From contig VGTI01000008.1 in assembly GCA_016874735.1 (NCBI GenBank), forward strand, positions 18,636 through 82,635: DNA of 64,000 bases, in the 5' to 3' direction. Of this stretch, positions 27,941 through 38,146 are shown one piece after another. The notes under the pieces were generated by a model that did no database searches, was not told the DNA's origin, and worked only from the letters and a program-made list of their open reading frames with translations. The DNA is from Deltaproteobacteria bacterium (lineage in GTDB: Bacteria > Bdellovibrionota_B > Oligoflexia > Oligoflexales > CAIYRB01). The translations under genes and the position numbers were made by a program. Within the stretch, counting starts at the first letter, position 1. Every line of letters begins with the position of its first letter.

Positions 27941-29238
27941 TGCCTCTGGTGTGATGAGTTAGAAACACCAGCTGAAGTCACAAAGGCGATGCATGAGGCG
28001 ATGAGTCCAGGGACGACCATGGCAGGACTCCCCGTCGCCTCTGCGACAAAAACAGCCGCAAAAAGTAGGCTGTTATAACTAGCTCCCGTGAAGGCAGCTA
28101 CGCCTACCATCGTGTACAACCCAGGTTGACTCGTCGGGAACAACACATCAAACATGGCGCCAAGAGCTGCTCCAATAGTGGCTGAGGGTACAAACAGTCC
28201 ACCGACCCCACCGCAGCCAAAGGTCACTGCCGTCGCAATAAGTTTGGTGACGAAGATGACGAGACAAACGAGAAGTGGATAGTTGCCGTAAAGTAAGCGT
28301 CTCGCCACCGGCAATCCTGCCTGCAGCGTTAGCGGTTCGCCCGTAGTGACATAGGTCAGTCCCGCTAGGAAGCTCAGGACGATCCCGCCCACCAGATAAT
28401 GGAGCCACTTGGGCCGCGACGAATCTTTAGTTGCCGCTTTGATGCGACTCAAAAGACCTAAAAATAAATGTGAAGCGAGCCCAGCCGTAAGGCCAAGCGG
28501 GATACAGACAAGTAGATCGCGCCAGTTCAGCACGTAGCTGACCTTAATCGGGAAGTACGGCGTCGCCGTGCCGAGTGCCGTAAACGTTACATAACTTGTC
28601 GCTGCGGCAACTAAACCGTGCAGCAGTGCTTCGTGCGCTAAGTCATGTTTGTACGGTGATTCAATCCCCATGATAGCGCCTGTGAGCGGCGCCCTAAAGA
28701 TGGCGCTAATACCTGCGGCTGCACCCGCTAACATCGTCACTTCCTCGCGCGCATGGAGTAACTTGAGGCGACCGACGCGATTGATCAGACTCTGGACGGC
28801 GCCGCCAATCACAGCTCCCAGCCATTTACTAGCGCCCTCCATCCCGGCACTGCCCCCAAAACCCATAGTCGCAACGGAAGCCGCCAGCTTTGCCCCCGCG
28901 CGCCGGTAGTCTAATCCGTGCTTGGGACTATGATAGGCTCTTACGACTTCATCAGCCATACTGGTGTAGACCACGCGCCCCAGGGCGACGATGGCGTAGG
29001 TAAGCATCATAGCTACGACAGGCATCAAGCATAGGACGCCAGGCGAGAGATGCTCACTCAGCCGCTCCCAAATTAAGGTATTAACGATCCAGTCGTAGCC
29101 TGCTATGGCGGCACCCACTACCATACCCATCGGGGCTGAGACCATGAGCAATTGCAGTCCTAGGCCCCAATGATCCGCGATATTAAAATTTGGCAGACGA
29201 CGACCAAAAATCGCCTTACTAGCGCTATCTAGACTCAC
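27931..29238 (-). CDS. ClC-family anion channel/antiporter (short, no CBS domains)
   Basis: GFGGSAGMEGA (GxEG gating-Glu block), GGVGGLFVPSATIGAALG (GxFxP block), and a multi-TM profile. Confidence 0.8.
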   Translation of the reverse strand: MSLDSASKAIFGRRLPNFNIADHWGLGLQLLMVSAPMGMVVGAAIAGYDWIVNTLIWERLSEHLSPGVLCLMPVVAMMLTYAIVALGRVVYTSMADEVVRAYHSPKHGLDYRRAGAKLAASVATMGFGGSAGMEGASKWLGAVIGGAVQSLINRVGRLKLLHAREEVTMLAGAAAGISAIFRAPLTGAIMGIESPYKHDLAHEALLHGLVAAATSYVTFTALGTATPYFPIKVSYVLNWRDLLVCIPLGLTAGLASHLFLGLLSRIKAATKDSSRPKWLHYLVGGIVLSFLAGLTYVTTGEPLTLQAGLPVARRLLYGNYPLLVCLVIFVTKLIATAVTFGCGGVGGLFVPSATIGAALGAMFDVLFPTSQPGLYTMVGVAAFTGASYNSLLFAAVFVAEATGSPAMVVPGLIASCIAFVTSAGVSNSSHQRHHR

Positions 29239-29251
29239 TGAATATCTCCAC

Positions 29252-29875
29252 TTAATGACGGCTTGAAAGTAACTGCCTTCCGTCCATCACAGCAAGTGGA
29301 TCTATGGAATCACCGTTTGAGTCGCGCACTTCGAAATGCAGGTGTGGGCCGGTGACGCGACCACTGCGTCCGGAGGCGCCAATCTCTTCGAGTCGTTGCA
29401 CCTGGTCACCACTTGCAACGAAGATACGGCGTAGATGAGCATAGAGCGTCTTAAGCCTAGCATGCTTGATAATCACTACGTTGCCGTAACCGTGCTGCCA
29501 ACCAGCAAACTCAACAACTCCTGGGGCAGCGGACCTTACCGCGCTACCAGTCGTCGCACGAATATCGATGCCGTGATGAAATTTAAAACCACGTCGGCCG
29601 TAGCCGGAGCTAATGGCTCCACCGAGGGGCCAAGCCAGACTTTCCTGGGCATCGTATCCGTCACCAAAGAGTAGTCCTCGACGTGGCCGACTTTCGCTAG
29701 ACCTTTCGTCGATGCCTTCCTCCGCCTCGTCGAAACCGTCAGTGAATATCCCAGGCGTATGCTGCACCCGGTGGTGACGGCGGGCTGCAGCCGTTTGGCA
29801 TCCGCCTAGTAGATGCAGCAGTCCAGCACAAGTCATAAACAATACGACATTGTTAAGTAAACTTCGCAGAGGCAA
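29252..29875 (-). CDS. M23 (LytM-type) metallopeptidase lipoprotein
   Basis: Lipobox LLGGC. HHGIDI ... GPHLHFEV zinc-ligand motifs. Confidence 0.85.
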   Translation of the reverse strand: MPLRSLLNNVVLFMTCAGLLHLLGGCQTAAARRHHRVQHTPGIFTDGFDEAEEGIDERSSESRPRRGLLFGDGYDAQESLAWPLGGAISSGYGRRGFKFHHGIDIRATTGSAVRSAAPGVVEFAGWQHGYGNVVIIKHARLKTLYAHLRRIFVASGDQVQRLEEIGASGRSGRVTGPHLHFEVRDSNGDSIDPLAVMDGRQLLSSRH

Positions 29876-29937
29876 CTCTCAAGTGGGATTCACAATGGTA
29901 AAGCGGGGGCTGAAGCCCCCGCTCATCGCATTGCAAA

Positions 29938-32079
29938 TTAGAGTGGATTGAAGACGAAAGGATAGTTGACTGATACTGACTGGCCACCACGAGGCTTGGG
30001 GAACGCCCATCGCCTCATCTTATCGGTGACACATCCTCTCATGACCGCGTCATTGATGGTGTCCTGCGACACTGTGACGGAAGATACGCGGCCAGAGGTA
30101 TCGATCACGAATGAGGTTCCCATCTTACCTGAAGCGCTGGGCGATCTCTGCAGAAGCTGCTCATAGCAGTGGCGGATCTGGTTTAAGTTGGCCCGGATCA
30201 CCGCCATAATTTCCTGCGAGGTCAATCCACCCGATACCACCGGGTCACCTGCTGGTACCGATACGTTCGCTCTGCCGTGACCACCAGCACCACCAGCACC
30301 ACCGGCACCGCCACCGTTACCAAACCCGGGTCCAAGTCCCGAGCCTCCGCGACCACCGGTGCCGCCCTGACCGCTCAGTAAACCTCCCGAGCCGGAGCCG
30401 AAGTTGTTAACTGCGCCACCGGCACCAGCTAAACCCAGGGACTTGCCAGAACCCAAGCCGCCCAGACCGTAAGTCTTGGCTCCGGATCCCATACCACCAC
30501 CGGCACCACCGGCCGAGTCCTTGAAGTTCGAGGAAATCGCACCTGCTCCCGTCTTGCTCATGATCTTACCGACGCCTAAACCGAGTTTAGACAGGTTCAC
30601 GCCCGACGGCTTGTCGTTGTTCGCTCCCTCGACACCCATGACACTGGCTTTGTTGTTGCCTTTGATGGCGCCACCAGCCTGGTTCATGCCTGACCCCACC
30701 GCACCACCAGACTTGCCGATAGCAGTGTTCGGCAACGTTGGACCTGCGGCTTTGAAGTTTGGATCCTTCGCACCAGTTGAGGGCATACCAGCCGACAGCT
30801 TATTGAGGTTCGGTTTAGTCGACGGTGGTCCCGCCGGCTTCGCCTCCGCTGGTTTGGGCTCCGGAGTAGGTTTGTTCTCTGTTAAGACCTCTGTTGGCTT
30901 TTTCTGCTCAACGGGCTTCTCAACAGGTTTGGTTTGAACTGGCTTCTCCGTCTCCGTCGGCTTGGCCGGTTTCACCTCCGGTTTTGGCTTCGGTGGTGGT
31001 GGCTTCTTCGGAGGCGTTTTGACTTCAGCTATCTTGACCTCGGGTTTTGGCTTCTCTGGTGGCTTGGGTTTTTCTTTTTCAGGCTCTTTTTCAGGGACTG
31101 AAACCACCTGCCAGATGTCTTCTTTCTCGTCTTTCTTCTCTGCAGGGACGTGAATCCATGCGATAGGGATCAAGATCATGTAGAAAAGCATCGCAACAGA
31201 CATCAGCCCGAAGAAGAATGGGTCTCGAAGTCCGCGTTTCGGGAAATCTAGTGGCGGTGGCTTCACAAACATCAGGAAGTAGCTCACCGCGCCGTACTTG
31301 ATATGCGCGATGTCACGGCTGCCTAGGGAAATATCGCCAGGCTTTGTCACTTTGTCGACTTTGCCGCCTTTACGTAACCTGGCCGTCATACCGTCGACGA
31401 GCGAGATTTTATAGCCGCTGCTACTAAATCTGGCTAAGGGATGTACTTCTATGTCGGAACTGCCTGCAGCGATCAAGTGAGACTTTGTAGGATTACCGAT
31501 CGTGACACGGTCGTAACCCTTGGTCGATGGATGGAATAGTTCCACATCGAGTACGGTGTCGCCCCAGTAGGCCACGACTTCGAGCACGTCTCCACTGGGC
31601 TTAGCTTTACGTGGAGAGAATAGCAAGTCCAGTTGGCGTTCGGATGCTTCGACGCGCGCTTCACTTGGTTCGGGACTACGACTAGGGACCGAGTCCTCGC
31701 GTCGTTCGCGGTCCTCAGGAGCCTTCACGGTGGCACCGTGGCGCTGCCCGTCAGTGGTGTCTACGTGGGGCACGGCCGCAGCCGCATGGCCCACCACTTG
31801 AATCTGAATGGTTCCGACGGTGAGAACATCACCGGCCCTTAGCGGTGATTCAACCTCGACAAGCTGATCGTTGACCTTGATGCCTGATACCGAACCCAAG
31901 TCGGTGACTACATATTCACCTGGATTGGGCTCTTCTATCAAAGCGTGAATGGGGTCGACACCAGGTGCCCGAAGTACAACTTGGTTCGACAGCAATGCTC
32001 CAATTTTCATTGGAGGCTGATCGACAGGTACCTGCCGCTCAACTTGACCTGGAATCGTGAATCGCAACTCAAGAGACAT
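29938..32079 (-). CDS. FHA-domain / single-TM / Pro-Lys-rich / Gly-rich TonB-like protein with an AgmX/PglI-type C-terminal domain (GltG/PglI-like)
   Basis: N-terminal FHA (IGALLSNQVVL...HALIE...YVVTDLGSVSGIKVND). TM FFFGLMSVAMLFYMILIPIAWI. PEKEKPKPPEKPKPEVK spacer. GGxGG tract. C-terminal IRHCYEQLL...GCV...WAFPKP...VNYPFVFNPL. Confidence 0.75.
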   Translation of the reverse strand: MSLELRFTIPGQVERQVPVDQPPMKIGALLSNQVVLRAPGVDPIHALIEEPNPGEYVVTDLGSVSGIKVNDQLVEVESPLRAGDVLTVGTIQIQVVGHAAAAVPHVDTTDGQRHGATVKAPEDRERREDSVPSRSPEPSEARVEASERQLDLLFSPRKAKPSGDVLEVVAYWGDTVLDVELFHPSTKGYDRVTIGNPTKSHLIAAGSSDIEVHPLARFSSSGYKISLVDGMTARLRKGGKVDKVTKPGDISLGSRDIAHIKYGAVSYFLMFVKPPPLDFPKRGLRDPFFFGLMSVAMLFYMILIPIAWIHVPAEKKDEKEDIWQVVSVPEKEPEKEKPKPPEKPKPEVKIAEVKTPPKKPPPPKPKPEVKPAKPTETEKPVQTKPVEKPVEQKKPTEVLTENKPTPEPKPAEAKPAGPPSTKPNLNKLSAGMPSTGAKDPNFKAAGPTLPNTAIGKSGGAVGSGMNQAGGAIKGNNKASVMGVEGANNDKPSGVNLSKLGLGVGKIMSKTGAGAISSNFKDSAGGAGGGMGSGAKTYGLGGLGSGKSLGLAGAGGAVNNFGSGSGGLLSGQGGTGGRGGSGLGPGFGNGGGAGGAGGAGGHGRANVSVPAGDPVVSGGLTSQEIMAVIRANLNQIRHCYEQLLQRSPSASGKMGTSFVIDTSGRVSSVTVSQDTINDAVMRGCVTDKMRRWAFPKPRGGQSVSVNYPFVFNPL

Positions 32080-32218
32080 GGGAATCCTTCCCGCGCTATG
32101 AACCGGAACTTAGACGGTCAGATCGGTCAACTTCAATGGGTAGTTGGAGGTAATCACTTTCATTATCCCGCTTGCCGCAACAAATGAAAAGACTCAAAAC
32201 TAAACTGATGCATTCTTA

Positions 32219-33403
32219 TTATTTTTCGTCACCACCGGACTCTTCGTCGGCACCGTCACCACCACCGTCTTCAGCCTTCGAAGCCGGAGCTTTGGGCTTG
32301 TCGCCAGGAGGTGCCGCCCCAGCTCCCTTAGCCTTTTCATTCGCGGCCTTTTCGGCCGCGGCTTTATCTGCGGCTGCCTTATGTGCAGCAGCTTTGGCTG
32401 CCTTCGCTTGCATTTCTTCGCGCTTGGCCAGGGCTTCCTCAGCGTCAATCTGAGCGATCATGAGAAAGGCCTTTTCGTTCCAACCCTCAGCCGTCAACTT
32501 CGCTTTACCGGCTTTGGTAAAGTACTCTTTCGCTTTGGCTAAATTCCGTTTGTTTTGATATTCGACCAAACCACAGTTGAACAATGCAGCGCTGTGCTCA
32601 GGCTGCTTTTTCAAGACTCGGTCGCAGTTCTCAATCGCTCCCCCAACGTCGCCATCGAGGCGCTGCAGGGTAATGAGGCCGTACGAGACGAACCAATCGT
32701 TTTCAATTTTACCAAGTAGTTGCTTGGCCATGCCAAGCTCGCCACCTTTGAGAGCTATAAAACCAAGATTTAGATGAGCCGGCTTGTAACTTGGGACTGC
32801 CTTTAATGCCTCTTTAAAATACAGCACAGCCTCTGGCACCCGATCATCTTTAAGGGCCACCACACCCATCGCATTGTAGGCGCCAGCCTTTACATGCACA
32901 TTTTTGGACTCGGTCAGATCTTGTAGTAGATACTCGGCAAAAGAAAAATTACGTGCCTGCAGCGCAGCTAACGCGATCTCAAGCTTTACTTCACCGCTTA
33001 GCTGACGCGACGCGCCTTTTTCCATTTGGGTCTCGGCAAGCTTCTTGGCTGTAGCAAGCACTTCACCAAGATTTTTGCGTGCTAAGCGTTGCGTCGATAT
33101 GACACCTTGCAGAGCGAGCTCTCCCTTGCCAGCCTTGAATCGCGCAATTTCAGCATCTGCCTTGGCGACCGCGATGGTTTGTGACGTTAGTGGATTGTTT
33201 CCAAGGCTATTGGTGAGAGTGACCCGGTTGGCTGAAGCTTTTTCCGGCCCTTCATCTTCTTTGTCCTTATCAGCACTCACCGGTTCTTGCTCGCCCTTAG
33301 TGGGAGCATCTTTTTTTTCAGCACTGGTACAAGCCGACAGCCAACTCATGACTGCTGCTGATATAGCCACATAGACAGATTGTGCTCTGATCACTGGCAT
33401 CAA
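32219..33403 (-). CDS. TPR-repeat lipoprotein (GltE/AglT-like)
   Basis: Lipobox WLSAC. Several TPR-like A-x-x-x-Y/F...P helices. Low-complexity Ala/Lys/Glu tail. 4-nt overlap with the upstream TPR gene. Confidence 0.6.
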   Translation of the reverse strand: MMPVIRAQSVYVAISAAVMSWLSACTSAEKKDAPTKGEQEPVSADKDKEDEGPEKASANRVTLTNSLGNNPLTSQTIAVAKADAEIARFKAGKGELALQGVISTQRLARKNLGEVLATAKKLAETQMEKGASRQLSGEVKLEIALAALQARNFSFAEYLLQDLTESKNVHVKAGAYNAMGVVALKDDRVPEAVLYFKEALKAVPSYKPAHLNLGFIALKGGELGMAKQLLGKIENDWFVSYGLITLQRLDGDVGGAIENCDRVLKKQPEHSAALFNCGLVEYQNKRNLAKAKEYFTKAGKAKLTAEGWNEKAFLMIAQIDAEEALAKREEMQAKAAKAAAHKAAADKAAAEKAANEKAKGAGAAPPGDKPKAPASKAEDGGGDGADEESGGDEK

Positions 33404-36400
33404 TCCCCCTTACCTTTGACTTCTTGGGCGACATTTTCGGGGACCTCAGCACCAACAAAGTCAGGGCGGACTATCAGGTCGTCAAAGCTGATCTTCTTAC
33501 CTTGAATTCGTGCCACACCGCTCAGCGCCTTGGCAGCCCATTCATTGTACACCAGATACTTACCCACCGCCTCTAGCGCTTTGTTATAGAAGGCCAAGGC
33601 CTCCTTACGCGCGGCCTGTGCATCGCCCGAGAGTTGCTTCACCACATCAGCATGGGGCGCACCCTTGATTTCAGGAGGATTCTCGAGGTCACGCGCAATC
33701 AACTCGCGTGCATAACCGAGTTGGTAAAAGGCGGCCACGCCCCAGTAAGCATCTTTCGTAGCTAGCACCTGGTCGTAGGCGGCTTGAATTTTTGCTAGAG
33801 CACCCACCTTTTGTTGAATCGAGCCCGCCAGGGCATCGACGGTACCGCCCTTAAGACGCAGGCTTTGGAAAGGTCCGATCACATTGTTGACGCGTCGGAA
33901 TACTAGACCGCCTACAGCACGCAGGGCCTCTCCCGAAACGTTACCGCCCGACTTCTGGAAGGTCGTGATGATTTCCTTGGCGGCAGCTTCAGACGCACTA
34001 CCGCGTGTATTCATGACAACGGCGTAGGCTTGAATGCGCTCCTCAGGCGTCAACTTAAACTTACCGTCCAGGATCTTAGCCATCTGAGCCACGCGGCCTT
34101 CTTCGCCCGCCGAGAACGCGGTCCTGAGCATACGGAAGAAGATGATCTTAGCACTTGCCTGATCGGCCTGAGCAAACTCAAGACAGCTGGGCACTGCAGC
34201 TTCAGCCCCCAGCGCCGCTTCAACCTCGCAGGTATAAGCCAATGCCGTCGTCGTCTCTTTTTCCTTCGGATAACGACGAGCAAAGTCGTGGAAAAGTTTT
34301 GCAGCAGATCCGAGCTCAAAGCGGTTCTGATGAAGTACAGCGAGTCTTAGGAGCGCTGGCTTAGCTCCCTCAGATTTCGGGAATTTTTCGAGCACTATCG
34401 AGTAGTCACGAATCGCGTCGGTAGCTTTGTTACACTTTTCCCAATCGAGTGCAGCATTGTAAATCAGCGCATCGCTATCCTTCGCGGTTGGACGCTTTTT
34501 AAAGAGATCCTCGGCTTTCTTCGCACGCGAGCAGGCGTTTTTATCCGACTTGATTGCGTCAACTGCTAGGCCACGATCGAGATTGTCGAGTTTTTCGCCA
34601 ATTTTACCCTTTTGGTATGCCGGGATTTTGCGCAACTCCGTGATCACAGCAGCTAGGGCCTTCTCGTCCTTGGCGTAAAGAGGGATGAGGTTTTCTACCG
34701 CTTCCTGACCCTCACGCTCATTCGGATACTTTTTGGCCAACATGACGAGATATTTCTCGGCCATCTTGCGATCGTTACTGCGATAAAAAATCTCTGTCAG
34801 ATAAGTATCGCAAGACTTTACGTTCTTTTTGTCGTTCGGATAGGCTTTGGTGTAGTACTCACATGCTTTAACAAAATTACGCCCGTTTTCCGTAATTGGT
34901 CGCGCTGGTTTCGAGAAGTCGGCCTTTTGCTTGACCAGAACTTTGAGCTCCGGTTCGAAGTTTCGATAATAAGACTCAAGCATGTATTCAGCAGCTTGCT
35001 TGTGGATGTTGGTCGATTTATTGGTCTTGGGATCCACGATCAGGGCGCGGTCATTGCCCATGAGACATATGTCTAGATAAAGCTTCCCAGCCTCACGGTA
35101 CTGCTTGGTGAAGTAGTAAATGTCGGCCATGTTGTACTTGATTTCGGCAACTTCACGGGCTTTGGGATAATTCTTGAGGAATAAAGCATAACCACGCAGC
35201 GCCTCGGCATAACCGCGCTTGTTGTCGTCTTTCTGCGCATTCTTGTGCGTCAGTTTAGAGTAGTAGACGATCTGATCTTTGATCGTTTGTTGTGTTTCAT
35301 CAAATAGTTTTTTGTCGTCTTTATGCTTGTCTCCCCAGGGACTATTGGGACCGAAGAGTCTGGGGTAACGATCCAGCTCCACCCAAACTTCATTGAATCG
35401 CCCAAGCTCGTAAAAGAGAGCGATGATGCTCTTCTGGGTGTCCGGCACATCTTCAGCCAGGGGTGCTACCTGCTGATAGCGTCTCAATACCTTGATCGCT
35501 TCGGCAAACTGGCCTTGATCGGAGAACGTGTCAGACAATAGCAAAAGGAATTTGCCAATGAATTTATCGCCACCATTGGCCTTGTAGTAGGCGATGGCAG
35601 GTTCGATTTCGCGCAATTCGGCAAAGGCATAAACCATGTCGCGTAGCGCTTCGTCGTGTAGAGCGATTCCGGCTTTGCCGTTGCGATTAGCCTCAGTCAC
35701 GGTCTGCTTCCAGTAGGCTAATGCTTGTTTGTGCTGGCCAAGGTTGTAGCTACACCAACCTAATTTGAACAGTGACCAGGCGTACGACTTTGCCTGTTTA
35801 AAACGCAGAGCATTCTTATAGTTGCTCATGGCATTACTGTACTGAATATCCTCGAAGTAATAGTCACCCAGGGCGTAGTAGGCATCGCCAGCCTTTTGCG
35901 AATTTGGGAACTTTGTAATGAGCTGGCTGAAGATCTTGGCCGCCTCCGTACCTTTATTGAGTACGTTATAGGCAAGACCCATGTTGAACATGGTTACGTC
36001 CGCATTTTTAGCCGTCGGAAACTCTGCCAATAGGTTCTTGGCATCTTTGGCCAGCGTCTGCCACTGAGTTTTAGATTCAGACTCGTCAAGCTTGGGTTCG
36101 CGCCCTTTGCGCCCCCCGCGATCCCAAGCGTCCCAGGCCTTTTCGTATTTGCGCATCTCTTGGTTGGTGTAATAAACCGCAGCCTCGAGCCGCAGGTTGA
36201 CCAAGCGTTCCTTCATGTCGAGACGGGTCTGACTCTTCTTAGGCATCCGCTCGGACTGACTGGCAAGATAATTGGTCGCTTTATTGATCTCGCCGATGAG
36301 TTTTGATTCGGTGGCCACCATGAAGGCTTCGTTGGCGGACAGCTTACTTGATGCCGCCTTTTCTGGGCCCTTCTTCTTGATTTTCTCTTGTTTGACGTCA

Positions 36401-36549
36401 TTGAGATTAACTTGAGCTGTCTTTTGACTAATGGCCAAGACCGTACCCGACAGCGCCAAGAATAGCGGCGCAACTGCCGTAATGCGGATCAATTTCGTTA
36501 GCCATAATCTTTTCAAGATCACTTCCTCACAATTTAATCGTCGCAACAT
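33400..36549 (-). CDS. large TPR-repeat protein (GltD/AgmU-like)
   Basis: 1049 aa with an N-terminal hydrophobic anchor and many TPR-like repeats (e.g. AMSNYKNALRF, ALAYWKQTV, GDAYYALGDYYF). Confidence 0.6.
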   Translation of the reverse strand: MLRRLNCEEVILKRLWLTKLIRITAVAPLFLALSGTVLAISQKTAQVNLNDVKQEKIKKKGPEKAASSKLSANEAFMVATESKLIGEINKATNYLASQSERMPKKSQTRLDMKERLVNLRLEAAVYYTNQEMRKYEKAWDAWDRGGRKGREPKLDESESKTQWQTLAKDAKNLLAEFPTAKNADVTMFNMGLAYNVLNKGTEAAKIFSQLITKFPNSQKAGDAYYALGDYYFEDIQYSNAMSNYKNALRFKQAKSYAWSLFKLGWCSYNLGQHKQALAYWKQTVTEANRNGKAGIALHDEALRDMVYAFAELREIEPAIAYYKANGGDKFIGKFLLLLSDTFSDQGQFAEAIKVLRRYQQVAPLAEDVPDTQKSIIALFYELGRFNEVWVELDRYPRLFGPNSPWGDKHKDDKKLFDETQQTIKDQIVYYSKLTHKNAQKDDNKRGYAEALRGYALFLKNYPKAREVAEIKYNMADIYYFTKQYREAGKLYLDICLMGNDRALIVDPKTNKSTNIHKQAAEYMLESYYRNFEPELKVLVKQKADFSKPARPITENGRNFVKACEYYTKAYPNDKKNVKSCDTYLTEIFYRSNDRKMAEKYLVMLAKKYPNEREGQEAVENLIPLYAKDEKALAAVITELRKIPAYQKGKIGEKLDNLDRGLAVDAIKSDKNACSRAKKAEDLFKKRPTAKDSDALIYNAALDWEKCNKATDAIRDYSIVLEKFPKSEGAKPALLRLAVLHQNRFELGSAAKLFHDFARRYPKEKETTTALAYTCEVEAALGAEAAVPSCLEFAQADQASAKIIFFRMLRTAFSAGEEGRVAQMAKILDGKFKLTPEERIQAYAVVMNTRGSASEAAAKEIITTFQKSGGNVSGEALRAVGGLVFRRVNNVIGPFQSLRLKGGTVDALAGSIQQKVGALAKIQAAYDQVLATKDAYWGVAAFYQLGYARELIARDLENPPEIKGAPHADVVKQLSGDAQAARKEALAFYNKALEAVGKYLVYNEWAAKALSGVARIQGKKISFDDLIVRPDFVGAEVPENVAQEVKGKGD

Positions 36550-36565
36550 CTAAACAAATCTATTG

Positions 36566-38122
36566 CTACTTTGTAGGCGCTGCGCCTTCCTCTCCCTTGC
36601 CACACTTACTGTCGAGGTTGTAAACGTAGCCGCCCAATTCATCTTCCCAGTACTCACCTTCAAAGGGCCAATACTCCAGGTCCTGTGACACATTGAGCTC
36701 TTGCAGGCCGCCGATGAAGTTAGCTTTTTTATCAGCCGTACCGACCTTTAGTTGCGCCCTCAGAGTGTCGACACGTCCTAAGACCATTTCGGTGTTGATA
36801 CCGATGGTCTGGTCCGAGAGTTCTTTCAGGTAAGCGTAGTAGCCGGTTGCCTTGTCAAAGAGACGCCGTCCTGCGTCTTTCACGGCAGCCTGTTTCTTAT
36901 TGCGCAGGAAGCCGCTGATATCATCCTGAAGGCCCGTGCGCCCCCATACCGAGCTGTAGCGCGACAACCGTGCAAGTTCATTATCAGCAAAGCGAATCGT
37001 TTGTCCGGCTTCTTTGTAAACATCTGTGCGCGATAAGGCGTCAAGGATAGCCCACGCCCGTCTGTACTCGTTTAAAGAACCCGTACGGTAGTCGTAAACA
37101 AGTTTAAAGAATCCCTTGGAGTCGGCTTTGTTTTTTTCAATCATCCGCGCCAGGTCATCGAAGACGCCTTTGTAGCGCGTTTTGAATTTGGCGAGCGAAT
37201 CCTTTACCGCTGGGTAGCGGCACAGCCGTAAAAAGGTAATCGCCTGGAGGATGTAGCTTTCCGGAAAGAAGCGATTTTCGAAAAACGGAGAATGCAGCGT
37301 GTGAATCGTACCTAGGGTATTGTTGTGCTTCTGCATCATAAAAAATGCCCAGGCCGCCTCGAACAGCGCCTCTAGCCAATTATCTGAGTTACGTGGAATT
37401 TGAGCATAATACTCAATAGAATCACGGTATCGCTTCACCTCGTAGTGGACGCGAGCAAGGTTGAGGTTAGCCTGCTCTCTGATCCATGCACCGTCCTCGT
37501 CCCGATCTGCACTTGCTCTGACGCGCTCGAAATACGAAATAGCCTTACTGTGTGCGCCTCTTAAGTTAGAGACCACTCCCATGTGGAACTGCGCTTTAAT
37601 TAGATAAGGCCCACTCGGCACCTTTTGAAAGTAAGCAAACGCTTGCTCGTATTTGCGCTGATTAAACGCCTCGATTCCGAGATAGTAGAAGTAAAATCCT
37701 GCGGCCTGCTGCGGCACAAGGGCCGGATCAATCCGGGTTTTAAACAGCTGAACGATGTGTGACTGCCCAAGGTTGATCGTTGAGTTAATACGCCCTAACT
37801 CTTCCAATGCCTTGACGAAATAGACATTATTCTGGGTAGGTCCGCGTCTAACGATGACCGAGTAGTATTTTGAAGCAGAGTAGTAAAACCCAAGGCGCGT
37901 CAGACTTTGGGCTAAGCCCCACTCTGAGCGTTCCTTCTCACCTGGGGCTTTGGGGTAACCGGATGCCTGAAAGTAAGCATTGGCGGCTGAAATGTAATCG
38001 CGTCGCGCATAATAAGCAGTAGCTGCGCGATAATCGGCAAAAACTGGGCCAGCGCCAAGCGACACAGCTAGGAGGGAACAAGTGATGTATTTAAACACAT
38101 GTCGCACTGTGGCGCTCTCCAC
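36566..38122 (-). CDS. secreted TPR-repeat protein (GltC-like candidate)
   Basis: Signal peptide ...GAGPVFA. TPR-like repeats throughout. Confidence 0.5.
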   Translation of the reverse strand: MESATVRHVFKYITCSLLAVSLGAGPVFADYRAATAYYARRDYISAANAYFQASGYPKAPGEKERSEWGLAQSLTRLGFYYSASKYYSVIVRRGPTQNNVYFVKALEELGRINSTINLGQSHIVQLFKTRIDPALVPQQAAGFYFYYLGIEAFNQRKYEQAFAYFQKVPSGPYLIKAQFHMGVVSNLRGAHSKAISYFERVRASADRDEDGAWIREQANLNLARVHYEVKRYRDSIEYYAQIPRNSDNWLEALFEAAWAFFMMQKHNNTLGTIHTLHSPFFENRFFPESYILQAITFLRLCRYPAVKDSLAKFKTRYKGVFDDLARMIEKNKADSKGFFKLVYDYRTGSLNEYRRAWAILDALSRTDVYKEAGQTIRFADNELARLSRYSSVWGRTGLQDDISGFLRNKKQAAVKDAGRRLFDKATGYYAYLKELSDQTIGINTEMVLGRVDTLRAQLKVGTADKKANFIGGLQELNVSQDLEYWPFEGEYWEDELGGYVYNLDSKCGKGEEGAAPTK

Positions 38123-38146
38123 TATCCGTTCTGATGACCATACACT

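Noticed and set aside
27931-29238. Whether the short ClC protein is a CLC-F type fluoride exporter. It has GMEGA instead of GREGP, and no Tyr after the EATG block.
   Set aside because: I cannot place the Ser-central/Tyr-central columns reliably without an alignment, and no fluoride riboswitch-like leader is evident upstream. I left it as a generic ClC.
30240-31110. Repetitive-looking DNA (CCACCAGCACCACC..., GGCTTCGG..., CCAAAACC...) that could be mistaken for tandem repeats or a CRISPR-like array.
   Set aside because: It is in-frame low-complexity coding sequence: the Gly-rich tract and Pro/Lys/Glu TonB-type spacer of the 713-aa protein. It shows no regular repeat-spacer periodicity.
32172-32453. 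Two overlapping ~80-90-aa ORFs on both strands at the 3' end of the TPR lipoprotein gene.
   Set aside because: They mirror the Ala/Lys/Glu low-complexity tail of the 32219..33403 gene. They are frame artefacts of biased sequence.
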